From NCBI RefSeq assembly GCF_009914755.1, contig NC_060930.1: a DNA stretch of 64,000 nucleotides; one strand, given 5' to 3'. The notes beneath the pieces were generated by a model. It was not told the origin of the DNA and did no database searches. It was given only the letters and a program-made list of their open reading frames with translations. Shown here piece by piece: positions 1 to 13,130 of the stretch. Source of the stretch: the human T2T-CHM13v2.0 reference genome, Homo sapiens. A program made the position numbers and the translations under genes. Each line of letters begins with the position of its first letter. Within the stretch, counting starts at the first letter, position 1.

Positions 1-3000
1 CAGAATATTATAACACCATCATTGTGGTGTGTTAACTGTTCATATCTTGAGTAAGAATAAAAGATGAACCTATCAAAAATAATAACTACAACAACTTTTC
101 AAGACAGACAATATGAGATATGAATAGAAACAATAAAAGGTAAAAGCAGAGAGTATGAAGTTAAAAGTGTAGAGTTTTTATTAGTTTTCTCTTTGCTTGT
201 TAATTTGTTTGTTTTTGAAATTGATGTTAAGTTTTCATCAGTGTAAAATAATAGGTTAGAAGATGTTATTTGAAAGCCCCATGGTAACTGCAAATTAAAA
301 AACCTACAAGAGATACACAAAAAATAAAAAGCAAGAAATTAAAACATACTACTAGAGAAAATCACCTTGTCTAAAAGGAAGACAGAACAGAAGGAAAGAA
401 GACCACAAAATAACAAGAAAACAAATTAAAAAATGGCAGTAGTAAGTTCCTACTTATCAATAATGACATTGAATGTAAATAGACTAAAATATCCAATCAA
501 AAGACACAGAGTAGCTGAATGGATTAAAAAAATGACCAAGGATCTGCTGCCTACAAGAAATACACTTCACCTATAAAGACACACATAGACTGAAAATAAA
601 GGGATGGAAAATATATTCCATGCAAACAGAAACCAAAACAAGAGCAAGAACAGCTATACTTACGTCTGACAAAATAGATTTCAAGGCAAAAACAATAAAA
701 AGGGACAAAGAAAGTCATTATATAATATTAAAGTGGTCAATTCAGCAAGAGGACATTAATACTTGTAAATATACATGCACCCTACAGTGGAGCACCTAGA
801 TATATAAAGCAAATATTATTAGAGGTAACAAGAAGTGATAGGCCCCAATACAATAACAGCAAGAGACATTAACACCCCATTTTCAGCATTGGACAGATCA
901 TCCCAACAGAAAACGGATTAACCAACATTTTTAAAAGATCATTTATCATGACCAAATGCAATTTATCACAGGGATGCAAGGATAGTTCAACATATGCAAA
1001 TTAATCAACATGATAAATCATATCAACAGAATGAAGGACAAAACCCATATGATCATTTCAATTGGTGCTGAAAAGCATTTGATAAAATTCAGCATTCCTT
1101 CGTGATAAAAGCCCTCAAAAAAACTGGGAATAGAAGGAACATACTTTAACATAGTAAAAACTATATGTGACAGACCTACAGCTAGTATCATACTGAATGG
1201 GGTGTGGGGTGGAATGGGAAGCCTTTCCTCTAAGATCTGGAACAAAAAAAGGATGCCTACTTTCACAACTGTTATTTAACACAATACTGGAAATCCTAGC
1301 TAGAGCAACCAGACAAGAGAAAGATAAAGGGCATCCAAATTGGAAAGAAAGAAGTCAAACTATCCTTATTTGCAGATGATATGATCTTATATTTTGAAAA
1401 ACCTAGACTCCCCCAAAAAAACTATCAGAACTAATAAATTTACTAAAGCTGCAGGATACAAAATCAACATACAAAAATCAGTAGCATTTCTAAATGTGGA
1501 CGCAAACAGTCTGAAAGAGAAGTCAAGAAAGTAATCCTATTTACAATAGCTACAAATAAAATTAAATAGGAATTAACCAAAGAAGTTAAAGATCTCTGCG
1601 ATCAAAACTATAAAACATCGATGCAAGAAATTGAAGAGGACACACAAAAAATAGAAAAATATTCCATGTTCACGGATTGGAAGAATCAATACTGTTAAAA
1701 TGTCCATACTATCCAAAGCAATCTACAGATTCATTGCAATCCCTGTCAAAATATCAATGACATTCTTAAAAGAAATAGGAAACATCATCATAAAATTTAT
1801 ATGGAACCACAAAATACCCAGAATAGCAAAATTCATCCTGAGTGAAAAGAATAAAATTGGAGGAATCACATTACCTGACTTCAAATTATACTATAGAGCT
1901 ATAGTAAACAAAACAACATGGCACTAGCATAAAAACAGACACATAGACCAATGGAACAGAATCCAGAATCCAGAAATAAATCCATATATCTACCATGAAA
2001 TCATTTTCAACAAAGGTGCCAAGAACACAGATGAAGGAAAAGGCAGTCTCTTCAATAAATGGTGCTGGGAAAATTGAATATCCATATACAGAAGACTAAA
2101 ACTAGAACCCTATTTCTCTCCATTTAAAAAATCAAATCAAAATGAATTAGAGACTTAAATGTAAGACCTCAAACTATGAAAATATTAAAAGAAAACATCA
2201 GAGAAACTCTGCAGGACATTGGTTTGCCAGATATTTTTAAAATAATACTCTACAAGCACAGGCAAACAAAGCTAAAAATGAACAAATGGGATCACATCAA
2301 GTTAAGAAACTTCTGTACAGCAAGGGCAATGATCAACAAAGTGAAGAGACAACCCACACAATGGGAGATAATATTTCCAAACTATCCATCTGACAAACAA
2401 TTAATAATTAAAATATATAAGGAGCTCAAACAATAGGAAAACATCTAATAATCTGATTTAAAAATGGGCAAATGATTGGAATAGACATTTCTCAGAAGAC
2501 ACAGAAATGGCAAACAGGTGTACAAAAAGGTGCTCAACATCACTGTTCATCAGAGAAATGCAAATCAAAACTATAATGAGATATCATCTCACTCCAGTTA
2601 AAATGGCTTATATCCAAAAGACAGGCAATAACAAATTTTGGTGAGGATGTGGAGAAAAGGGAATCCTCACCCACTGTTGGTGTGAATGTAAATTAGTACG
2701 ACGACTATGGAGAACAGTATGGAGGTTCCTCAAAAAACTAAAAATAGAGCTACCATGTGATCCAGCAATCCAACCACTAGTTATACACCCAAAAGAAAGG
2801 AGATCAGTATATCAAAGAGATATTTGCACTCCCATGTTTATTGTAGCACTATTCACAATAGTCAAGATTTGGAAGCAAGTGTCCACAAACAAATGAATGG
2901 ATAAAGGAAATGTGGTACATATACACAGTGGAGTACTATTCAGCCATAAAAAAGAATGAGATCCTGACATTTGCAACAACATGGATGGAATAGAGGACAT

Positions 3001-3438
3001 TATGTTAAGTGAAATAAGTCAGGCACAGAAAAACTTAGCATGTTCTCACTCATTTGTGGAAACTAAAATAACAGAATTCACGGAGATAGAGAGTAGAATA
3101 ATGTAACCACAAGCTGGGAAGAGTAGTAGGGGGGAAAGGAGGGAAGTGCGGATAGTTAATGGGTACAAAAATATACTTAGATAGAATAAATAAGATTAGT
3201 ATTTGATAACACAACAGAGTGACTACAGTAAACAATAATTTATTGTACATTTAAAAATAACTAAAATAGTATAATTGGAGTGTTTATAACACAGAGAAAC
3301 AATAAATACTTTAAGTGATGGATATACCATTTTCAACGTTGTTATCGTTACACATTGTATGCCTGTATCAAAGTATTTCATGTACCCCATAAATACATAT
3401 ACCTACTATGTACCCATGAAGATTAAAAATGAAAAAAA
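1..3438 (+). mobile_element. LINE-1, L1MA1-3-like, degenerate (inter-ORF region, ORF2 with internal deletion, 3' UTR); continues beyond the left edge
   Basis: ORF2 start region at ~433 (ATGGCAGTAGTAAGTTCCTACTTATCAATAATGACATTGAATGTAAAT). ORF-track fragments [14 protein letters not shown] and KWDHIKLRNFCTA are L1 ORF2. The 3' end CCTACTATGTACCCATGAAGATTAAAAATGAAAAAAA is L1MA-type. Confidence 0.92.
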
Positions 3439-3439
3439 G

Positions 3440-4850
3440 ATTTACTATAAAGCTAAGTAAAGAAGAAAGTGGGATGTTAGCAAAGGAATAGACCCACAGA
3501 TCAATGGAACAGAATGGATAGTCTAGATATAGACCCACACCAATATGGCTAATTAATTTTTGACAAAGGTGCAAAGGTTTTTCAATGGAGAAGGATTGTC
3601 TTTTTTATAAATTAAGTTGGAAAGTCTGACATTAAAATTGGTATGCAGTTGGTATGCAAAACAGTAAGTCTTCATTTTAAACCTTACACCTCATGTAAAA
3701 ATTAAAGCAGCTCATAGATCTACATATACAAAGACTAAAACTATAAAATATATAGAAGAAAACATAAGAAAAAATCCTTATGATCTGAAATTAGGCAACC
3801 AGTTCTTAGACATAAAAACACAAACCATAATTGGACTTTATCCAAATTACTTTGTGTGAAAGCAACTACTGAGAATTTAAAAAAAAAAACTGCAAGTTAG
3901 GAGAAAATATTTGCAAATCATATATCTGCAAAAGCCTTTATTCAGCATTCATAAAGACTGCTCAAGACTCAATAGGAAGCAAACACCCAACTGAAAAATA
4001 GGCAAAATACTTGAATACATTACACCAATAATCAATTAAGTAAGGCAAACAAGCCCATGAAAAGATGAGCCACATATTTAGCTGTTAGGGAAATGCAAAG
4101 TTAACTTGTGATAAAATCCAACTACACACCTATTAGAGTGGCTAAAATAAAAAATTGTGCCCACACCAAGCACTAGCAATGAAACAGACCAAATGAGACT
4201 CTCAAACATTGCTAGTGGGAATGGGAAACGCCTGCACGGGAAACACAGTTTGGCAGTTCCTCATAAAGTCAGACGAACATGTACTGCAAGACTCAGCACT
4301 TTTATTTCTTACTATCTACCCTTAAAAAATGAAAATGATATTAACACCACTACCTGTACGTGAATGTTTATAGCAGTCCCATTCATAACTGCTCGAAACA
4401 GGAAAAAAAAATCTTTCAATGGATGAATGAATAAACAAACGGTGTCACATTAACACAATGGAATACTATTGCAATAAGAAGGAATAAACTATTGATATCA
4501 GAAGCATCTTGAATTAACATCAAAGGCATTTGCTGAGTGAAAGAAACTAGAGCCAAAATGTTCCATGCTATGTGATTCCATGCTTTGTGATTTCATTATA
4601 TTACATCCTTGAAAAGACAACGCTCTAGGGATGGAGAGGAGCTCACTTGTCATAGTTTAGAGGCTACGAGAGGATGTGACGACAAAGAGCTAGCAAAAGG
4701 ACACAAAAGGAAATTTTCAGGGTGATGGAACCATTCTATGCCCTGGTTGTGATGGCGTTTACTTCAATCTATACCTGTGTTAAGAATATATAGACCTGAA
4801 CATGCAAAAAAAATAGTTTCTTTACTATAATTTCAAAATAAAATATTTAG
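3440..4850 (+). mobile_element. Older L1 (L1MD/L1ME-type), ORF2 3' part and 3' UTR
   Basis: GATCAATGGAACAGAAT...TTTTGACAAAGGTGCAAAG ORF2 motif; 3' UTR GGGTGATGGAACCATTCTATG...TTTACTATAATTTCAAAATAAAA. Begins right after the L1MA tail, so it is probably the host of that insertion. Confidence 0.82.
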
Positions 4851-5593
4851 AAAAACCTATTATAAACAGTAAAATGACATATATTTCTAAATGATGGATA
4901 TTAGCCACAAATATAATGATGGTCAGAAACATTTAAAATAAATCCTTGTTGAAAACTGGAGAACCTGAGACATTTAAGGCTCTTGAGTGAGCAAAAGTTG
5001 CTGAATCTCAATCCTTAGTTTTGGGACTTAATCTATAGCTGAGGACATTTCCAGTGTCTTTCTTGCTGGCAGCGGGGCAGTGACAGGTGAGTCCTAATCT
5101 GACAGAATGGGAACCAAGTCTTAAGCAAAGCTGTGCCAGCATCTGACAAGGCAGCTGACATGAAGGAGACAGGCTGCCTGCCTTGGAGGGCTCCTCTGCA
5201 GGGCACTGCCCACCACAGTGGAAACATGACACTCACAGCTTTGCATGAGGCAGATCTGCTAAAATTCAAGTCGTTCATTTGTCGCTCAGAGGATGCTTGC
5301 TCACTTTACAATTAGGAAGCCCCTGTGGAAAATGTCCCGCTTAACCTAATTTGCTCCTGGGAACAGGGTAGATGGAAAGAGATCTAAGAACAGACTGAAG
5401 CTTTTATGTAGGATGTAAACATTTTAAAAATAGCTAATATAATGAAAGAAAATATAGACTATATATACTTAAATGTAAAAAAAATATATTCCAAACAGCA
5501 TGAGTAGTATGAAACACCATCTCCAGATGGACAGTTTATTTAGTTTAAAAAACAAATAAATGAAGCATATATTTATATAAAATATATAACTTC

Positions 5594-5997
<404 letters not shown>

Positions 5998-6124
5998 CTA
6001 AGAGCTTTATATTGCCTAAAGAACATGTTGTTCTAAATGAATCAGTTACGTTAAAAATAATTTTGTATGAATTTATGTATCACATATATAATAATATAGA
6101 GATAATATAGATAAAAATGAATGC

Positions 6125-6142
6125 GTGTGTGTGTGTGTGTGT
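6125..6142. repeat. (GT)9 microsatellite
   Basis: Read directly from the sequence. Confidence 0.9.
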
Positions 6143-6789
6143 AAGCATAGGAAAAAAGCAGGAAATATTAATGGGATTAGCTGAAAAGTGGGCTTCTTTG
6201 CAGGAGATGAACGAAGCAGAAAAGGGCAGCCTTTCATTTTTTATGATTTAAAAACATGCGTTTCATCTAAAATCTAAACATGCACACCTATAACTTAACA
6301 TGGAAGAAAAGACAAAGAGATATGTATCAAATGTTAACATTGGTTGTCTTGGTTTCATAAAATGAGATGTAAACTTTATCTTCTTTGTGCTTTTCTGTGT
6401 TACGAAAATGTCAGCAGTAGATAAGTATAACTTTCAAAAACAGTAAAACATTATTAAAGTTGAACAGAACAAAACCAAATCTATGCCGTAATGCCCTTTT
6501 CTAGACCACCTCCACTATAATTAATAATTAAATGTAGTTTGCAAGTGCCACCCTACATATATTTTCCCAAACCTTTTTTGGTAAATCTAATCTTCTCAAC
6601 TATCAAAAGGATTGATAGAAATGTTACAGATTTGTTCCAAATTTTTGAATAGGGTAGAAATGTCTCTGCAACATTGAAGAATTCATTTTTCCCTTTCCAT
6701 CACCCCTTGCTGCACACGAACCCTGCCCTCCTCTCCACCATTCCAGGTTATCTGTGGTTCAGGGTCACATGGTGCAATGATGTGGTCAC

Positions 6790-7205
6790 ATAGTCAGGAT
6801 ACACTCATCTATGGTTTTATAATGAACAGTCCCCAGTGTCAGTAGCTTCAAAGGATACGCATGTATTTCTCGCTCACGATGCATGGTTACGCTTTGTGCC
6901 CATCAGTGCTTCCCTGGGACTGTGCTCTGGGTCATTTTCCCTCAGACACCAGGGTGGAAGGACACTCTATCTCCATGCTTCCATGTTTGTTGAGGCAGGG
7001 AAAAGGGAAACATAATAAATCACATAACTGGGCTTTAAAAATTACTCTCCGAAGTGACCTGAGTCACTTCCTCTCACATTTCATAAGCTGTAGGAAGTCA
7101 AATGACCACACCTAACCACAAAGTGGAGGAAAAATAAAATCCTACCATTTGCTCAGAAGGAGAAAGGACAAAAACCTTTGATGAATAGAACTAATGACAA
7201 CCATA
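6790..7205 (-). mobile_element. MaLR solo LTR, MLT1K-like (old)
   Basis: TAGTCAGGATA...CAGTAGCTTCAAAGG...TATTTCTCGCTCACG and GAAGTGAC...TCACTTCCTCTCACATTTCAT resemble the reverse strand of MLT1J/K/L. Confidence 0.6.
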
Positions 7206-10200
7206 GTCAGAATCAGAGGATAAGCAACAATTGACATCAGTAAGAATGCAACAGACTCAGCTCATTAGGTACATTGTTCACATCAAAGATTTGTTTTAAG
7301 TTGAGTGGTTAAATTAAAAATGTTGCACTTCTTCTAGTGCCCCAAAACTATTGTTCTTAAAAAATGAATTTGACAGGTATTATTTCATTTTTTTCTTAAA
7401 AAAAAAAAACTAAAAACAAACCCAAAGTGAATTAGTCATTTTCAGATAACAGCCACTACCAAGTAAATCTAGAAAAAGATTAGAAAAAAAGATTCTCATT
7501 AGGCTAATCAGAAATACTCCCATTAGCAAGATTTTTTTACCTATTTCTATTTATTTGTTTTATATATCTAGCTATGTTTATTCACTTTGCCAAAGCATTT
7601 TTGAATGCCTACTAAGAGCTGTGGATTTGGGCACAAAGTACTCAATAGCAACCCTTTCAATGTGATCAATGCCGATATTTAAGCATCATCAGTAAATAAG
7701 GTATCATTGAAATCTACCTGGAAATATGCATAAGCTGGCTTCTGGGTTATTTTAGCATAGATTCCATGCCTGGGAAATGTGATATGTGATGCATATAGCT
7801 CCTCGAGGTTAACAATGGCATTGACCTCAGCAACTTACAATTCAGAATAAATATATAGGAAATGTATATGCCACAGAATTTAAGAAATGATGATTTTTGA
7901 CCTTGAGACTGAGTTTTGTCTGTTTCTAAAATGTTGGTAAGTCATTATGCTTTTCCTTCCTGCCTACCCACCCCATGGCTCACCACCAATTTAAAATATC
8001 TATTCTCATACACTGTCCTCATGTCACATCTGATTGTCTCTGGAGAAAAGACCTCTGGTTTTAGATGTGAGGACACTGTGTTTTATAATCTCCAGGGACT
8101 TATCAGAGATAAGAGCTTTTTAACCTACATCTAAGAAATAGATGTGCTGCATATTCACCAACATCAGAGCAACCGATTCCTCAAGAGGTTCGAGATCTCA
8201 GTAGTTGGCACTATTGCTGTTTATAGCCGTCTATTTCAGGTTTAACTAGACCACTCCTGAAAATGTTCCAAGGTCCAGTCATGAAATTAATCACTAACAT
8301 AATAGTGATTATTTTCACTATTAACAGGATTAACATAATAGTTAAATCCTGCCATTTGGCGATAATTTTTCTTTAAAAAAAAGATCCATTGAACTAAAAA
8401 AAAAATATAAAAGGGAATAATGTGTATCTAATTATTAATGTACTATAGAAATTAGCTTTTATATTGCAATTTATATTGCAATTACCTTCTTTGTGTTATA
8501 AAGCAGAACAATACAGAAGAACTTCTTTATTAATGCCTAATAGCATGGTAATTTAAAATATTCAAGTTTCTTTAATAAGGTAGTGTATGAAATGTTACTT
8601 AATTTGACAAGATTAATTATACAATTAATTTAAGACTGCTCTCAATTAAATTAGTAAAAATTCTTAAGCTTGCTGCTTTTGAAAAGAGTGCTGGAATCTA
8701 GCATGAAGTGAGATACCTATTAAACATGGTATTAATTAAACCGTGATGAAATAATGCATGTTTTGTTAATATAATGGGCATTGTCAGATAGTTGGTAAAG
8801 AGGTAGTATTTCATTACTTTAATAATAATAATACCCCAGCTCTCTAAACAATTTAAAGGGTCTACAACAATACTGGAAAATACAGTGGCTTGGGATGGTG
8901 CTCAGAATTACTCAAGACAACAGTAACAACAAAACTCCTGCTCTGGCAGTCCTGAGTCAGTGTATTTTGAGGTTCTCTTAAGATAGAACTATTGCCAAGG
9001 GGAGCCTATTGGCCATCAAAATATCTCTGAGGTGGATTTATCTTGGTTAATTTACCGTGATCCGGGGTCTACTCCTTAGGTTTTCATGTCCAAAGGCTGA
9101 AGCTTCTCAAAATCTCAGGGTTACTTAGGTCCAAGTCAACTGAGAGATGCTAATTAAATTCCTAACTCACTGAAGTATAATCACCTAATTCTCATTTATA
9201 TATTGACAATGGAGGAAATGAATCTACTATTCTGGGGACTCAGAAGGCCCAATTCCTATTTCTACAGTGACCCCTTTCATGCTGTCAAAGTACCTAGAAA
9301 AATCACTTTAGTGATCTAAAGGTTGTTTGGTGTACAAACGTGTTGAATATAAGTCATCCAGGCTATGGTGGAGCCAAAACATCATTCCTGTATCACATAA
9401 AACACCTCTCTAGTGACTAGAATGTTCCATGTTCCTATTATTCAGATTATCTCTCTCCTCTCTCTGCTCACATACCCCTTTGTCTCTCCATGGTGTACTC
9501 TGTACTAATTCCATGGCTGAAGGACAAAGGGATGGGGATTATGGTGCAGTTACCAGTTAGTGTTTCATTGTCCGTGCTGTGCAAGCTGACTAGGAAAGAG
9601 GGGCTAAGAAACTGGGAGAAAACCCATTGATCTGAGTACAGTTAAGTCTTGCTCTGGGATGGGAATCATTCTTAATATTTCATGTAACTTTGCATCCTTT
9701 GCATGATAAATGATGAATTTCTTAATTCAAACCTCATACTTCTCAGGGAACAGAAGTACTTTGTGTCATATTTAATCCAACAGTTTCCTGAGTTAGGGTT
9801 GGCACCCAGGGAAGACACAGGGTCTCTACTAGTTTATATGGAAGGAGGAAGCACTCTTTCCTTTGTGGCAGTGCATAATTGCATCCAGGCTTATGGTTTG
9901 GGAGTAAGAGCACAGCACCTACTCCTCATGAATTTCAGCGCTCCCTTGGCTCTAGGTAGGGGAGCCACTGAACAGTCCAGAACTGCAGTACAATACATGG
10001 AGATTCATTGAAGAGGGGATGCAGAGGCAGCATGTAGACTGCATGTAACAGTACTACAAGGGATTTTCCAAAGGCCACTCATAAGCATGAGAGTAATTAA
10101 AAAGTGGTTAAAAAAAAAAAAGAAGTAAAGAAAAAAGAAAAAAAATTTTCTCATGAGAGTTTAAATGAACCCTGTAGGAGTCTTAGCTTCTAAATGCAGG

Positions 10201-10264
10201 TTGATAATCATTTATAAATTATAATCAGATTCCAGGTGAAAACAGTTATAAAAATAACTTTTTC

Positions 10265-10390
10265 TAATCTCATCAGTTTCAAATGAGAAAGAAAAGTACT
10301 ATGTCAGTCAAGCTCACACAAGTCATGGTAGAACTGGAGCTCAAGCCCAGCTTTTTTGATACTCAATCTTGTGTATTTCACATGATATCT
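10265..10390 (-). mobile_element. MIR fragment
   Basis: AAATGAGAAA...CAAGCTCACACAAG...GGTAGAACTGGAGCTCAAGCCCAG resembles the MIR core in reverse. Confidence 0.55.
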
Positions 10391-10965
10391 CATCATCATT
10401 AGGTAAATCCTGTAACTTTGCACACAACATAAATAGCTATAAATAGAATATTCCTCCATATTGCAAAAAACACTGAAAAATGTTCTCTTAATTCCTGTAA
10501 TGCATACTCAATGGGTAGTTGTCCTAAGGTCATATGGTCATTATGGAAGCAGTATCTTGCGTTTGTTGAGTACTTAACTGTGTGCCTGGCATCATTCTAA
10601 GACACATCTCTTTCCTATTGATTTCCACTACATATTCTCCAACACAAGTGATGGCTCTAAGACACTTAGTATAAAATTAAGATTCTTGACATATAGTAGA
10701 AAGAGCATCTCATTAGTACTTGCAATTTACATGCATTTAACTCTTCTATCCAGCCGCTTTTCAGGTATTTAAAAGTGAACCGATTAACATGCACTACACA
10801 CGGATTAAAATTTCCATCTTCCAGGAAGTTCTTGCTGATTCCACTGGTAGAATGTTTAAGCACAAACAATATAACTATCCTCAATTAGAGTTTAGTAGGA
10901 TATAAAAAAGGTCCTTTAAATGGAGTTGCTCTGTTATCTCTCTCTCTCTCTTTTGACTCTATCAG

Positions 10966-10969
<4 letters not shown>

Positions 10970-11008
<39 letters not shown>

Positions 11009-11021
11009 ACACACCACACAC
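10970..11021. repeat. (CA)n microsatellite, ~19 perfect units plus a degenerate tail, preceded by (TC)7 at 10937-10950
   Basis: Read directly from the sequence. Confidence 0.95.
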
Positions 11022-11884
11022 TTTTACTCCTGATCAAACCAGTCATGATCTTCTCAAGTCTCCACAGGGCAGTCCTTTCTGAAAATAATGGGTTACCTAC
11101 AGGGACATTAAGTATTTAGCAGCCACCTACCAAGCTACTGCTACCTGGGGATATTTAATGGGGTTAAACAGGAAGTATCATGGTGTTACACAAGTGCACA
11201 ATTTATTTTAAGAAAAGACTCTAAGCAGGAAGTTATTCTTTCTACCTAAAGCCATGTACAGGGTCTTCACTTTGCTGTTAGGAAGACATGGGCATTGCTC
11301 ATCCAGGACTATGCAGCCCCCAAGGGAATGCGGGGCAGGTGCAGAGGATTCCGGCTAGAAAAAGAGATGCAGCCACCTGCAGCCTGTGTTTTCAGAGCAG
11401 AATGGGGTGTGTAGGGGGGACTTTCTGGAGAAAATCACTGACAAAGACCCCATACTTAAAACCTATGTTTTATTACCATGTGTCAATTAAAAAGAATCAT
11501 TTTTTTAAAAATGTGTTTTAGGCAAGAACTTAATAAACAAAAGCTTAGTAACCATGAGGGCTGACCCAAAAGTGAGAAATACAGATTTTAAGATGAGTAG
11601 CTCATAGATAGATGAGGATTCACTTTGAGGAAGATCTATGTATTTTTTTAGCCCAGTTTTCTCAGAAGGGAAAACTGGTGTCTAATATCAGACTCATTTT
11701 GTATCCTTTATAATTTAGTGTATATACATATTGTGTGTATAGGACTCTTAGTATTAATAAAAGATGCCTCTTTGCCAGCTTAGAAAAATCTCCCAAATTT
11801 CAATGCTGAAAAATGTTCTTTTAATTCATATAATATATACTCAGTGGATAGATATCCCAAGGTGATGGTCACTATGGATGTCAT

Positions 11885-12128
11885 AGCATGCATTTATTGA
11901 GTGCTTACTGTCTCCCTGCCACTATTGTAAGCATTTTGTATATGTTTCATTTAATTCTGACAACAATGCTGTGAGGCAGGTACTATGAATACCCTCATTT
12001 CAGAAAAGAGAGGAAATTGAAGAACAGAAGTGAAGTTGCCCACGATTATACAGTTAGAAAGTGGCAGAGCCAGTTTCAAATGCAGATACCCTTGCTCATG
12101 TCCTATTCTCTTGACTACTACACAATGC
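11885..12128 (-). mobile_element. MIR, near full length
   Basis: CATTTATTGAGTGCTTACTG...CAACAATGCTGTGAGGCAGGTACTAT...GAGGAAATTGA...AGTGGCAGAGCCAG. Confidence 0.85.
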
Positions 12129-12629
12129 TAGCAAAAATACCCACAGACCCAAGCAAAAGACACAAATTCCTTTAATATAAGGAAATGAGATGAGAATCCA
12201 TTTGGGCAGAAACAGCTACAAAGATCAGGCCATCCAGAGCCAAACTTCCAGTTTCAGAAGCAAGTTCCTGTTACTTCCAAGTTCCTAGCTGGTAACAAAT
12301 CCAGCGTATTTCTGACATTAATCAAAGCTTGATTTCACAGTTGTAGTTGCTCCTAGAGGGTGCAGGATTCAGGAAACTTGAGGGCTATTCTTGGATCCTA
12401 CAACAAGAACAAACTATAAAACTTTGTTTATATGTGTCTGCAGGACAGTGGGCTAGACTAATTTACTCCCAAATGACTTACTTCTGCACATAATCCTAAG
12501 CATTTACTTTGTTCAAAATTAAGCCTCACCAAAATAACAGATGATCACATCCCACCCTTTTGATGTTGTCTCCAAATAGTTAAAATCAAGAATGTTAACT
12601 TTGAGAACACTAATATTTTAAAAATTTAC

Positions 12630-12911
12630 CTATGTCTGTCATCAATCCCACTTCTCACAATCAATCTCAAAGGGAAATGGTCAAAACTACAAAGTGATTT
12701 ATGAATAAGGTTATTAATTTTGGTATATTCGTAATAGCAGAAGAAAGGAAACAACTCAAATGCCCATCAATAGGGAACTGTTCAATAAGCTCAGGTACAG
12801 TCATACAAAGGAATTCTATGCAGATGTAAAAATGAATGATAAAAATCGCTGTATACCAATGTGGCAGAATCTCCAAGGATACATTGTTAGGAGAAATAAG
12901 GAAAAATATGT

Positions 12912-12962
<51 letters not shown>

Positions 12963-13130
12963 ATTGTATTTGGAGGGTAAGATGGGGAAAATACACACAC
13001 TTATTTTTGTGCAAAGCCCCATTGGAATTGCATGTAAAAAACTAATACAAATGACTACCTATAGGATGAGGCAGGGAACAGGGGAGAAGAGATTAGGAGA
13101 GAAATGAGACTTCTTTAAAAATAACTTTTT
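12630..13130 (+). mobile_element. Old L1 (L1ME-type) 3' fragment
   Basis: GGAAACAACTCAAATGCCCATCAATAGGGAACTG...CTCCAAGGATACATTGTTAG matches the L1ME 3' region. Confidence 0.7.
12915..12958. repeat. (TG)22 microsatellite
   Basis: Read directly from the sequence. Confidence 0.95.

Noticed and set aside
433-3000. L1 ORF2 fragments as a CDS
   Set aside because: Many stops, frameshifts and a large deletion make this a dead copy. The same applies to 18983-19912 and 47075-48900.
8953-8959. Isolated AP-1 TGAGTCA sites (also ~7060, 40363, 52293)
   Set aside because: The count is within chance expectation for a 7-mer in 64 kb.
12667-13045. HT-repeat and CV-repeat ORFs
   Set aside because: Translations of the (TG)22 microsatellite.
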